Positions 27,701 to 44,635 of a DNA stretch of 64,000 bases are shown piece after piece. How positions within the stretch are numbered: the first letter of the stretch is position 1; every line of letters begins with the position of its first letter. The stretch is from the human T2T-CHM13v2.0 reference genome, Homo sapiens. The position numbers and the translations under genes were made by a program. The notes below the pieces were generated by a model that saw only the letters and a list, made by a program, of their open reading frames with translations, made no database searches and was not told where the DNA came from. The stretch is from the NCBI RefSeq assembly GCF_009914755.1, contig NC_060926.1; one strand, given 5' to 3'.

Positions 27701-30660
27701 TGCCCCTGACCCAGGCATGCCTAGACTCCTTTTTGCCAAAGTAATCATAACATTTATATACTATGTATGAACTATTTATACAAACACGAGTATTTCTGGA
27801 GGATGTAGAAAGAGGTGGCCACTGACTTCGGGTAAAAAAAAAAAAGTCTTATTTAATAGAAAAGTGAAAAGTACCTTTGCCAGGCTCACCTAGCCTTATT
27901 TTAGACTAGCAATTTTGCATTTATTGAGTCTCTAGAGCACACTGATTAATTTAGATTGCAGTTTTTCTCAGCAGTGAGTTTTGGGGTCAACCTAACAAGT
28001 CTTAGAAAAAATAGTTAAAAATTGAAAGCAATAGTGAAACACCTGTTTTTCCCCAAAGCTTAATAAAAATATTTGATACCATTCATTCATTCAGTAGAGG
28101 TACTGGAGATTTGATGTGCTCATAAATAATAAATTACAAAACAGAAAGTGGTACCTGCTGTAAGAGAAGCACCAAATAAACTTGAATAAGAGTTAAGAGG
28201 CCTTGAAATATGGGAGTTTTATGGACATGTGAAAATTGGAAGGGAAGAGATAGCAGAAGAAAGTGAAGTACCAGGAGAAGCATCTTGCCTTTCCCAAAAT
28301 ATGGATATGAGAAATCAGTGAATTAGTTGATAGGAGCAGAATCAGTCATAAAAGGGTTTCTAGATTTTAAGTTGAACATCAGGAGAAAGATTTTAAAGGG
28401 CTGAGTGCTGGGGAAAGGAATTTTAACCTTGTTCTTTACGAAAAGGGATCACTGATGGTTTCTCTAAAAAAAGTGTGGATTTGATGCAGGACTGGCAAGC
28501 CCCAGAGTGGATCTTAGCCTGTAAAGGTTCTCAGTTTTGCCCAGGAAAGAATTCAAGGGCAAGCCAGAGGTGGAAGAAAACAGTTTTATTGAACAGTGTT
28601 ACAGCTCTGGTGGGGTTACAGCTCTGTGACTGGCAAGGAGTGCTTGCCAACCTCCACTCTCATCTGGCCGAGAACATCCAGCTGACTACAATTCCCCTGA
28701 CTTGAAGTCCTCTGGCTCTGGGGGCCCTACCAAGGGACACGATGGACCCAAAGCAGGCAGCACACTACCGTAGCATTGGTACAGGACAAAATAAGAGCTT
28801 GGCCATTGACACTGCCTTCAGCACACCCTGGCAAAAAAGGTGGGCTACAAAACAAAACCCAAAATCCATAGGCCAAAGGGAATGGAGTTGGGCAAGCACC
28901 TGCCAGCCTCAAAACCCTTCTAAGCAAAAACCAAAAGCCAAAATGAGGTTACACATTGAGGAACACCAATAGCATAGAACTAAGTTATGTTGGGAGAAAA
29001 CACTGTTCCCACAGACCTCTAAGACAAAATACTTTAGCATTAGGCACAACAGCAGTCATAATCAGAGGAGAAAAACTCAAAGGAGCTGACAAAAAAACTA
29101 ATGGAGAGAGCTACATGAATCTCAGAAGCTTTCAAAAGAAGTAGATCACAGGATTGAAAATAAAAATTTCTGGTAATTTAGCAAATCAATACCTTAAGAA
29201 AATTTGGTTCAGATATAGAGACCATTTTCTAAAAAGCCTGTTATAGACAGTTTCCTTTTAATACTTCCATACATTCTCCTTTACTAACTTTTCAAGACTT
29301 ATGCAGATCATCTATAACATGCTAGAATGTTCTGACTTGTCCTATGCTGCCTATTTCTTAAATAACCAGTCATTTTACTCTAGGGCAAGAATTTACTATA
29401 CGAGATCCCTTCTCTTATAAAATTACTCTTTCTTTATATCATTCCTTGCAAAATAATAATAAATCTTCTATTCATGATGTTCTCTACATCTCTCTTTTTT
29501 ACTCACTGGTTCCCTCATATTTTGAACCTCCCTTTTAATAACTACCAAATTAGACAAAATTATTTTTCCCAATAAAGAATACATTTCTTTGGCACATTTT
29601 ATGTAAACCTAGGGAGGAAGAAATCCTAGCCCACCAGACACTGGCATTCTATAGATAAGAATCATTCTATCACTTTAAGACGTTAAACCACATAATACGC
29701 TCACTATTTAAGCATCTATTCCATTCTTTCACTTTTAACAGTTTTATGTAGACTATCTCCGAGAACCAAGTTGCTATGCAAATCTAGTCACCATTTAAAG
29801 CCATTTTAACCATTTTAAAGCCTATATCAGTGATTTACCAAAGTAAAAATCTTAATGTCAAATTTCAGAAGATGTAACATTATCTTCAAACTAATCAACT
29901 TTGACTAGTCATTTAATTTATGAAGATTATTTATAAACCAATTTGATAGCATGCTAGACAAAACATATATCACAATACTTGTATATATGCCTAAACAAAC
30001 ACATTAAATAAAGTTACCTACACAAGACAACTGGATTCAAGTTATTTACAAAATTGGGACCATCTACTTGGCCAAATTTTGTTTGCCTCAATAGGTTTGA
30101 AAACAGGAAGAGGCAGGGAAAGGGATCCAATAGCATCAAATTAGAAAGGGAGGTAGCAAACAGCATTGCTCAAGGGGAGACCCTGGAGACCCCGAACTAC
30201 CAAAGAGCGCAACCAGCAGTGGAGTCACTGAAGAAAAATGTTCAGGCAGCTGCTTGTCTGCCACTGTGGGAAGCCATCTGCAGGGACAATGGTCCAAGAC
30301 TTCCAGTAAACTTACTTGAGTAAGACAGTTTGTGGGGGCTAGTAGAAGAAGGTTAGCTCTAGAATTGATGGAGAGCCTTTTTTCTCTCTCTTACCAGGGA
30401 CAGTTAGGACATGCTTATTGCCAAGGGCCCTCTTGCTTAAAGCAGGTGCACTGATTCTGGCCCAGGGGCAGGCAAGTTGGGGGCTCTTGTCTAGGCATCC
30501 CATCCCAGATGCCAATTTCATAACATTTTCTCATGATAGATAACTCTTAGGGGGCAGGGGACTTAGGCAACTGCTAACAATTGTACTTTTTGGCTATTTC
30601 TTTTTCTTTTTTTTCCTATTGCCCTGAGATAGTTCTCTAACTGTGTCGTAATTGACTGGC

Positions 30661-31449
30661 TTACCCATATACTTTTTCCTTTGCTTTTTTCCCACAGCAG
30701 AGCAAGTAGATTATTTGTAAGTCATGATGAGTTAAATCAAAGAACATGGTCAACTTAACAAACTCCTCTATACACTTTACTGGATTTTCTGAAAACTTTC
30801 TATGTTTTTCCTTGTGTAAAGCCAAATTAGACATAGAAAATGGCACATGTACTCTAAGTATTCCCTCACTTCCGTTAGGTATCTCCTGCAATGGACACAG
30901 GTTTGACTTTAGATGCTGGTATGGGGCTGACTCCTGGTGGTACTGGTTGGGCTTACTTTCTGGGGCAGCAAGGGGTATAGGCTGAGGCTAGTTGGATAAG
31001 GATGAGGTGTGCCTGATGTCCTTGGGGTACAGTCCTTCATTAGAGAACTGGTGGGACCCCTCCCCAACCCACTGAGAGTTGGGAGACTGAGGAGACCCTG
31101 GAGGGGGAGTAGGCCTCCAAGGGGAAGCAGCTGGGAGGGGATCCTTTAGGCATGAATTTCTGTTGCCTGGAAGTAACATGAGCCAGTAAAGGTCTATAAA
31201 AGCCTGTACATAAGGGACCTCTTCCCGTTTTCTTTCAGTTTTAGAAAAGAAGTCTAATTGTAAAGTATCATTATAACATATAGAACCATGTTTAGGCCAA
31301 ATGTGTTGGTTTGCCACTTTGTGTCGAACGCAAATATTATTGCCATACTAAATGAGTTTCTTCTTCTTTTAGCCAAATTTGAATTTGCTCCATTGGCCTA
31401 AAACATACCCCAGTGGTGGGTCCTCTGGGATGCTTGCTGTTGCACCCAT
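30661..31449 (-). pseudogene. gag: Gammaretrovirus-like gag relic (MA and start of CA)
   Basis: MGATASIPEDPPLG start at 31449 (MGxxxS myristoylation-type); WPKHGSICYNDTLQLDFF...EEVPYVQAF; Pro-rich linker; EGILRVHVPFSMSNL...FSENPVKCIEEF...DLT. These motifs are typical of HERV-H/W/ERV9-group Gag; the frame is broken. Confidence 0.88.
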
Positions 31450-33130
31450 GTCTAGTAAGGATCTCTACAGAGGGTTTTGGTTAGCCTAAGTTTAGTAAAT
31501 GCCAAGTTGCTTTTTCCCTTTTACATTCCCACTTTTCATAGGTAGCAAGGTGTTACAAATTAGATCCCAAGCTACAAAAAGGCAGTGGGATGTTGAACTT
31601 AAATTCCACAGAGAGAGGGTTACACAGAAAGGGAGGATAAACAAATGGCTGTGGAAGAGAGAAAGGAAAGGGTAAACAGCATTGCCCAAGGGGAGACCTC
31701 AGAGGCCCTGAATTGCAGGAGAATTTACCCAGTAGTGGAGACACCAAAAACAAAAATATTTGGATGGCCACTTGTCTACTGCTGTAAGTGGCTGTCCATC
31801 AGGCCAGGGGCCTAGGAACTCCCAGTTCCTTTGGCCAAGAGGGGCTTAAGCAAGGCACTTGTTAGAAAGCACACAGGAAGGGACTTGCAGCTGGCTGTTG
31901 GGAAAATAATACTTCTAACTCTAAGGGCAGAAAAAGGCAAGACCAATATTCCCCTAGGGGGAGGGGCTATAACCCACCATACTTAGAAAGAATGTCAGTG
32001 CTGAAAATCCCAGAGCATATTGGGGGGTGGCCAAAAATACTAATGCTGAAAACCCAGAGTTACTGAGTGTCAACCAATGAGGGTCCCCTCACCAAATGCT
32101 GAAAACCTTGGGGGCAATCAGGGGGCAGCCAACAGTGAACCCAAGACCAAGTTGGGGGTCACAGAACAGTGTGACTCTGGCATCCCAGAGTCAACACAAC
32201 AGGGGACCTCTAACAACCAAGTGTACTGCCTTAATTGTCCACTCACAATTAACAGAACGTTTAAAGCAAATGTAAGAGTGCACATCAAACACATTTTAAG
32301 GCATAAATCATTTAAGAAAATAAAACAAATGGTGGAGCAATAAAATGGAGTTAGAAGACAAAGGACTTGGAGAAGGGGTGACAAGGACGTGTTTCAAGGC
32401 ACCGAAACTGTGAGGAACTGACAACTTAGCCAAAGGCTTTTATTCCCTAGCTTTACCAAATATTATGAAAGGAAGGGCAGAGGGGATACCACCCATTCAG
32501 CAGAAATGGCACAGACTGTGGGACCTGGTGAAGATCTCTCCAGGATACCTCAGCTTGGGTGAGTTTGGCAGGGCTGCCTCAGAGGGAGAGGCCTGCACCA
32601 ATTTGGTAATCCACCCATTACTAGTCAGAGAGGCGGGCCCCACACAAACCAGATGGCACTATGGCTGCCCCCCACCAATGGACTTTACTGCTGGGGTGGG
32701 AGAGGCCTGTACAGGCAGGTAACTGACAGGGCTGCCTGTCAGAGAGTTGGGCCCCACACAAAGCAGACAGCCTCACAGCCGTCTCACCGATGGGCTCAGC
32801 TGCCACAGTGGGAGGGGCCTGCATGGCCAGTAACCCACTGGGCTGCTGGTCAGAGAGGCAGGTGTCACATGAGGCAGCACACTATGGCTGCTTGTTCATC
32901 TGATCAGCTCCACTGCCTGCCAGGGAAAATAGTGGCTCTGGAAAGAGCTTTGGTAGTGACAGACCTCAAGTGTTACAACTCTGTTTTGCTGCCTCTCCGA
33001 TCCTCAGTCTGCTAATCACTTTTTGCCACCATTGGCTCTGCTGATCAGTGTCCCATGAATCCTGCCAATTGCTGCTTCACTGATTGCTGACTGCTGCCTC
33101 ATTAATCACCCACTGCCATCTTCTGTCTTC

Positions 33131-33148
33131 GCCCCATGTTGGGTGCCA
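33131..33148 (-). promoter_or_regulatory. Primer-binding site, tRNA-Lys1,2 type
   Basis: TGGCACCCAACATGGGGC versus the Lys1,2 PBS TGGCGCCCAACGTGGGGC: 16/18, both changes CpG decay; 3 nt from the LTR end. Confidence 0.85.
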
Positions 33149-33151
33149 AGC

Positions 33152-33627
33152 TGATGCAGGGCAGGAGAGCCCCAGAGTTGAGCTTAATCCATGAGGATTC
33201 TTGGCTTTGCCCAGGAAACAATTCAAGGGCAAGCCAGAGGTAGAAGGAAACAGCTTTATTGAACAGACAGTGTTACAGCTCTGGTGGTGTTGCAGCTCTG
33301 TGACTGCTCCTGCAGAGCAGGCCCATCCCATAGACAGAGAGTAGCAGCCAGGGCAGTTTTGCAGTCACATTTATACCCATTTTTAATTGCATACAGATTA
33401 AGAGATGAAGGGGTGGTTTATTCAGGGAAGGGGTGGTAATCGTTGGGTCATTGCCATGGAAAGGGTCAGCAACTCTGGGGTATCGCCATGGCAATGGTAA
33501 ATTGACATTGGCAGTGGTGGGAATGTCTGAGTGAAAGCTTCTTTTTACCTGGCCTTTTTAAGCTGGTCTTCAGTCTGGTCCGGTGTCCGAGGCCTGCCTC
33601 TGTAGTTGAGTCTTGCCTCCTATCTCA
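33152..33627 (-). promoter_or_regulatory. 5' LTR of the provirus (antisense to GALNT13)
   Basis: Minus strand starts TGAGATAGGAGGCAAGACTCAACT; TATAAA at 33370-33375; AATAAA at 33255-33260; ends GCATCA. Confidence 0.85.
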
Positions 33628-35504
33628 GATTGATTATTTGCTGATGTTTATAATACAATAGCACTAAAATATTTTAGTATTTATTTAAATAAAGATTCAT
33701 ACTGAAGTTTTATTCATTAATTAAAACCACTCAAATTAATAACTAAATGGAATACTGTCATTTAAAATTTTTACTTTACAAATTAATTGGTAGGAGAAAG
33801 AAAGATTTTTGTCCTGTAAAATTGAGTTTAGATATTATTTTTAAAGGTAACTACTCAAGTCCAAATTCATCAAAATGTATACATCAAATATGTATATTTT
33901 TGTATATCAGTTATACCTCAATAAAGTATAAAAAAGTAACTACTCAAAAATCTTTACTCATGTAGTATAAGTTGAGACAACTTATCCAAGAAACATTACT
34001 TGAATACTGATTGTGACAAAGCCTGGAGATAGAAAGAGGAAGAATACATATTTTTGTTTTCATGTTTAGCAGGGAAGAAAGGAATTTGGAATTAAGTGAA
34101 TGAAATGTCAGCACATCAATGCTGTACTATTAGGAGGAGAGAGACTCTATGAAATTAAGACCAAAAAATCAATAGATGCTATCTGTCCTTTGAAGGCAAG
34201 GTCTAATATTCTTTGTAATATTGAACAGCATATTCTATGCAAATACTTAATAAGTTATTACAGCAATGTAAATATCAGGCAGATATTTTCATTCACGTTT
34301 ATATAAGGCAAATGCATTAGTTAGTGTAAAGGGAGGTAATACATAATAATAAAGGTAACAGTCTATCAAGAAGACAGAACAATTTTAGACATGTATATAC
34401 AACACCCTTTATATAAAATTAGGAAAAATTAGAATTACAATGAAAAAATTAGCAGACCCAACTTCATAGTTGAGTATTTAGCAAAATGCTTTCAAAAATT
34501 AATAATCTTTAAAAAATGGAAATAAAAGCTATAGAAAACAAAATTTACAAGCTTGAAGATCAAATTTTCAATTCCACAAATACTTGATTGATTAGAGAGT
34601 GGGTAACAAAACTGTTTACCAAATTGTCCACCAATAAAATGGGAATGGACAAATTTTATCTCTACTCAGTAGAAATTATTGTAATTAAAGGGCCATGTTG
34701 TACAGAGACAACTGGCTATAATAGAATTTTGTCCACTTCTATCTTCATCACCTAAAACAGTGCCTGGCTTATAGTGGGTGCTCACTTAACAATTGCTGAT
34801 TGAATAACGAATGCATGATAAGTTTGGTACCGTTTTCATGATCATAGAGTAGCCAGTTTATATATATGATTAAGAAACTTGATGTAACTTCATTATCATG
34901 GCCCAAATAGGCTTAAAAAATTGTTTACCTTACACACAACCCAAGTGTAAAATATTTTCTTGTGTCTCTTCTTGGCCCATATAATTTGATTTATAGCCCA
35001 AATTGGGCACATTTATAGCCTGGAGATGATATTTTTTCCTTCAGAACCTGCCTTATGTTACATTGTATATACTTTCACTTTCTCCACGATATACAGAGGT
35101 TTTCATAAGATCATTGCATATTTACATTGTAGTAGTCAATAAGTCAAGAGAGTAAAGCGAGTTCTAGATGGAATAGACGTATCATGTGGAGTATGTGGAA
35201 TGAATCAGTACATGGAGGACTCAGCAGGAGCACTCATGAAAATAAGATTGAGGAACTTTGAAAAAGATGGAGATAGGTGGTATGTTTGACTTATGTGTAA
35301 AAAGCAGCTAATAAATGGAGACAATAGCAAATGAAAATAATAAAGTAATAATGGAAAGTTTTAAGAGTGAGAAATTCAATCAAAAAGGAAAACAACTGAG
35401 AGTAAGGTGATTACATTGTAGAACAGAACTCATGGTTTAGCCAATAAGTAAAACTCCATGTAAGTATAGCTTTGGGAATAATTAAGGAACTTATTTCCAA
35501 AATC

Positions 35505-36552
35505 ATCTTTATTAAGGTATATTATAAAAAGCTCCATTTTAATTTTACAGTTTCATGAGTTTGGACAAATGGATCTCAGATTTAATCTCACAATCATGAC
35601 TCCCTCTGCACAATGTCCCTCATACCTCTAGGCAGCCCATTCCTCCACTTGAGGCCTGATAACCACTGATCTGGTTTTTGTGATTATTGATTACTTTTGT
35701 CTCTTCTAGCAAATCTTAAAAGTTGAATTGTACTACTCAGCATAAGTGTTTTGAGATTAATAATGTTATTGGGTGTATCAGCGGTTCTGTTGCATAAAAA
35801 TATTCTGTGGTATGGTTTCTTTGTTTCATGCTGCTATAACAGAACACATGGGACTGGGTAATTATTAAAGAACAGAAATTTATTTCTTACACGTTTGGAG
35901 GCTTAGAAAGCCAAGACCAAGGTGCAAGCAGGATTGTTTTCTGGTTCCAAGTTGGTGCTTTGTTGGTTTGTTCTCCAAAGAGGAGGAGCATTGTTGTCTT
36001 TACGTGCCACTATAAATCCTATTAGTAGTGGCATTAATTCTATTAATTAGGACAGAGGTCTCACTATCTAAACACCTAAAAGTCTTCACCTCCCTATACC
36101 TCCATACTGGGAAACATTTAGACCATAGCATATGGATGGAGTACAATTATCTTTATTCTTGCACTGGCTGGTGGACATTTAGGTCGTTTCCATCTTTTCA
36201 TTATTATGAATAAAGCTGCTACATTCATACACAAGTCTTTGTGTGGACATATGTTTTCACAACTCTTGGGAAAATACCAAAGGATGGAAGTGCTGAGTCA
36301 TATGCCAAGTGTATGTTTAATTTTGTGAGATACTGCCAGTCTGTTTTCCCAAGTTGTTAGACTATTTTCTATTCCCATCAGCAATGTAGGAAATATCTAG
36401 TTACTTCACATCCTTGCCAACACATCATAGCCAGAATTTTAAATTTTAGCCATTTTACTGAGTTAATTGTGGTATCTCATTGTGATTTTGACTTGGATTT
36501 CGTGATAACTATTGATACTGAGCATCAATTTCTCTCTCTCTCTGTCTCTCCG

Positions 36553-36620
<68 letters not shown>

Positions 36621-36900
36621 GCCAGACTTGTTTTATGAACTATCTGTTCAATCTTTTGTTCATTTTTAAAATTGGATTGCCTGTGGCTTGCCTTTTTACT
36701 TTTCTAAATGAGGTCTATGAAAGAGCAGAAATTTTTAACTCTGATGAAATCTAACGTATTTTTTTATGCTTCTTTTATTGTTCTAGCTAAGAAATATTTT
36801 CCAATGCCAAGGCCATGAAAATTCTTTCTGGAAGATTTATGGTTTTAGATTTTAAGATTTGATTTAATTTTGGTGTAGAGGGTGAGGAGGGTTAAAGTTC
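35505..36900 (-). mobile_element. Old L1M 3' region interrupted by an MST/MLT1-type LTR (~35810-36130)
   Basis: GACATATGTTTTCACAACTCTTGGG...GTGGTATCTCATTGTGATTTTG; insert GCTGCTATAACAGAACAC...AGAAATTTATTTCTTACAC. Confidence 0.75.
36530..36617. repeat. Compound (TC)n(TG)n microsatellite
   Basis: Imperfect TC run followed by ~22 TG units. Confidence 0.95.
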
Positions 36901-37000
36901 CTTTTTTTTCCCCCCCAAAAGAAACCCTCCATTCATTCAAAAATATATGCCCCTTGAAGATAAGAAAGGCATGAGTTTTAGAAATAAGAACAGCATTTTT

Positions 37001-37294
37001 GGCCGGGTCCTAGTGACTCATGCCTGTAATCCCAGCACTTTGGGAGGCCAAGGCAAGGGAATTGATTGAGCTCAGGAGTTTGAGACCAACCTGGGCAACA
37101 TGGCGAAAAGCCATCTCTACAAAAAATACAAAAATTAGCTAGCCATGGTGGTGCGTGCCTGTAATCCCAGATACTTGGGAGCCTGAGGCACAAGAATCAC
37201 TTGAACCCAGGAAATGGAGGTTGCAGTGAGCCAAGATCATGCAACTGCACTCCTGCCTAGGCTACAGAGCAAGACTCTGTCTCAAAGCAAAAAA
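37001..37294 (+). mobile_element. AluJ/early AluS
   Basis: Full dimer; TSD AAGAACAGCATTTT at 36986-36999 and 37295-37308. Confidence 0.95.
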
Positions 37295-37897
37295 AAGAAC
37301 AGCATTTTCATATATTTCTCAGTACTCTCTTGTACATTTCTCTGTTACTAATATGAATAATTTAGTTATGAATATTGAGGTTTATTTTTAAAATTCATTA
37401 TATATTATATGTAATGATATAAAATTCATTAGATAACTTGAAAAGTATGTAATTGTTACAGACTGAATCTTCTCTAGATATTTCATTGAAGGATAATGAA
37501 AAATATATTTTGTTAAATTTCTTTCAAAAAAGTACTATTTATTTTTCCTAATAAAATTAATATTCATTGTAGAAAAAAATAAAATTAAAATAAAGAAGAA
37601 AATTAAATTTGAATTCCACCTAGATGTTGCCCTCACGGTAAAATGAAATTTACTTTTTAAATTAATATATTATGGGCATTTTGTCTTTCATAAGATATCC
37701 TTTAAAAATATGGTTTTAATGGCCACACAATATTTTATCATATGTCTATATGGTAGTATTCATAACTATTTGTCATGAATTTTCATGTAGATTGCACCCA
37801 ACATTTTACCACTGAATAATGTTATTATAAATATTTTTATGAAGTTATCTTTGAAAATGTGATGAATTTTTTATGTAATGGAAAGGATGTTTCAATA

Positions 37898-41503
<3,606 letters not shown>

Positions 41504-42999
41504 AAAAGTAGTTTCTGATTATATTCTTAGACTGGATTATTGGTATTGGATTAAATTTTTAAAGACATGAATATTCTTTTAATTCTCTTGAGAGAAACTT
41601 TCACTGCTTTAAATATCCTTGTTTGTAATAGTTTAAAACAATAGTTTAATAGTTTTAATAGTTTAAAAACAAGGCTATTGATCTTCTTATCTCATCATCA
41701 GTATGTGTATACATATCTCACCACAGTATTTATCATTTCATTTAAACACATTTGTGAGCTAAATTACTTTAAAATCAGAAATTCTTTGAGTTTTTCTTTT
41801 TTTAGTTTTTTTCACATTGAATAATTTGATCTGTATATATTTTTATTTAGAGTAATAATGAGGATGAATTTTAATTTTTTGATAATGATTCACTTGTAGC
41901 ATATATTGAATTGTCTTTGCTCTCATTACTTTTTGTAATGTTAAAATTAACGTGTAGAAAATCTTTATGTATACCAGGGTCTGTATACTTCAAAGTCTGA
42001 TCCAGATATGATCTCACTTCCTCCATTTTTTGAGGATTAAAGAGGTAAACTAAAAAAATGCATTAGGCATCACAAAGGCCTCTAGAGAAAAATATTAATA
42101 TACACACCCCATAATTTACCTGAAGTTAATAGTTTAAAAACAAATCTAATTCCTTTAATTAGAAAAACTTAAAAATTTTTTTAAATTAAAAATTACCTAA
42201 AAAAATATGTGATTTACTTTTTAGAAGACTTATTCTCCTTTTAGGTTGCAATAACACATGATCTCTATTTAAACATTTTGTTCAATATAGAAAAATAGAA
42301 GAAGAATATAAAAGAACTTATAAGTCCAATACATATAGATTGTTACAATTATAATCTTGGTTTATTTTTTATATTTATAATAGAGATCTTGCTTTATTTC
42401 ATTTTTACATCCTGCTTTTATTGTCTGAATTTATATTTAGGACATTTTCTTACAGTATTAAATTTTCCTTAAACCACAGTTTTACTGACTGTACACTATT
42501 CCGCCTATTACAGTTTGCTTAAACATTTTCCTCTGGATTTTCAAAGGGATGATAAAAGTTTAAAAATCTTTCTTTACTAGTTCCTCATTCATAACTATCA
42601 TTATTTTCTGCCACATAGTATAGTTCTATGTGTTTTCGTTTTCTTCTTTAATCTGTGTGTTATAATTTATTTCATTATTATTTTACTTATTTGGGGCATG
42701 CCTAATCCTACTTACTATTTATTATTCAAGATGTGAGCTGGACCTGAAAAGATGGATTGCTGAAGGTGAGAGATTGTTCTTAAGGAAACTGGCACTCTTG
42801 TTGAATTTGAAGGTTTATGTGCATTATTATAAACATATTCACCATTGTTAGAGCTACCACTTATTAGGTGTTTACTACGTAGCATGCCATGAATTCAAAG
42901 CACAAGTGCTGTATCACTTAGTTTTCAAACATCGCTATGGAGAAGTTCAGACAGAATCATCTTGACAAAATTTTCTGTACTCATGGTCTCTGAATTCAG

Positions 43000-44310
43000 T
43001 TCACAGTTTCTTTTGTAAAGATACTCCAAGCAGCTTCTTTTCACCATGACTTCATCAGAAATGCTTTTATTAATACCACTTATTGTTTCCATATTGCTAA
43101 GTCCAATGATTCTCAACCTTTATTTTACTTGACTGTCAATAACATCTGAAACAGTTCATCATCCCTGCCTCCTTGTATTGCTTTTGTTACTTGTCTTAGA
43201 GGCTGTCACACCCTCCTGGTTTTCTACCTCACTGACGACTTCTTCACAATATCCTTTGCAGGTTCCCTGTCTTCACCTTACCTCCTAAAGTTGAGGTAGG
43301 CCAGGAAGCAGAATTAGATTTATCTGTTCTTTTTCTGTACTTATTCCTTTAGTGATCTCTTTGAATATATTGTTCATTTATATGCCTTATCATAAATTTA
43401 TCACTTCAAACTTTACATAGCCATGTTATACTCCTCTCCTAATTTTTAGACATTTGTGACCAAGGCTTACTTGATATATCTTTTTGGATTCTAAGAAACA
43501 TCTCAAACTTACCATATCCAAAACTGAATTTCTCATCTTTCATCAAAAGCTTTTCTCTTTGCCATCTTTTCTGTGTCGATTTTTGGCAGTTTCATCACTC
43601 CGGCTGCTTAAACCCCAAAATTTCAGATATTCTCAACTTTTCCTTTTCTCTCCCATTTCACATTAGCACATCCTGTTTGCATTATTATATGCAAACTTTC
43701 TTTAAAGTATATTTAGAATTCAGACTTAAGTCAGATCATGCCATTCCTCTGCTCCAACATCTTTGCTAGCTCCCCAATACTCAGAGTAGAAACAAAAGTT
43801 ATTATGATGGCTTACTCAAGTTCTGTGCCTTGAGCACTGGAGTCACATTGACTTTAGGTCTTGGTATTCTCCCCTTATTCATTCTGTTCCAGTCACATTG
43901 GCTTTCTTGCTATTCTTGCAATGTGGCAGGTATATTTCTACCTCAGTACCTTTGTCTTGCTAACTCTTCTGTATGTAATGTTCTTTCTCCAGTTTACTTC
44001 ATGTCTTAATTTTCTACCTCACCTTATTCAGGCATTATCTCAAATGTCAGTGACTCAGTATAGCCCACATGGCCACACTATTTGAAAAGGTAAATTGTTC
44101 CCCATCTCTACACTCGCTGTCCTTCTTCTCTGCCTTGTTTTTTTACCACTGTATTTTTCACTGCATGACATATTATGTTTTACTTATTTACATTCTTTCT
44201 TTTCTAGTCTCCCTCTCTGCCCAATAACAATCCTGTAAGTCTATTTTACTGCTGTATCTCCAGTGTCTAGAAGCGCTTGACACATCAGATATGTGAATGA
44301 GGGAAGGAAT
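43000..44310 (+). mobile_element. L2a remnant, about 1.3 kb
   Basis: TTGCTAAGTCCAATG...CATCTCAAACTTACCATATCCAAAACTGAAT...GTCAGATCATGCCATTCCTCTGCTC...CTGCTGTATCTCCAGTGTCTAGAA 3' end. Confidence 0.85.
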
Positions 44311-44635
44311 ACTGAGTGAATATTTGCTTAATGCTGTCATGATAGAAGAATCTGCAGAGCAAGAATTCAGCTTTTGTTCCAATAATAATTTACCACTAGA
44401 GAGACTTATTTCAAGAATTTAACTAGAAATCTATATACAACATAAACAGAATATAAGCATGCAAAATTTATAGAGAAAGCATGAAGTTTTCCAATATAGG
44501 TTTTCCAACAACTGAAAGCTTCACAAAATTTGCTTTTATGATGTAATTTTATAGTGCTGATAAAAAGGCATGCATTCTTATAACCTGTAAATCTTTTCAT
44601 ATTTTATGCAAATTGATAAAATATATCATAACCAT

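Larger units (their letters stand above)
28482..33627 (-). mobile_element. Defective ERV1 provirus (MER66-like LTRs): leader, gag relic, no recognisable pol/env
   Basis: TG...CA ends; 4-bp TSD GATT at 28478-28481 and 33628-33631; complete 5' LTR 33152-33627; homologous partial LTR 28482-28631; PBS; gag motifs. Confidence 0.9.

Noticed and set aside
31998-32110. Three TGCTGAAAA(T)CC repeats
   Set aside because: Short degenerate repeats in the ERV leader, which is common; no separate function is supportable.
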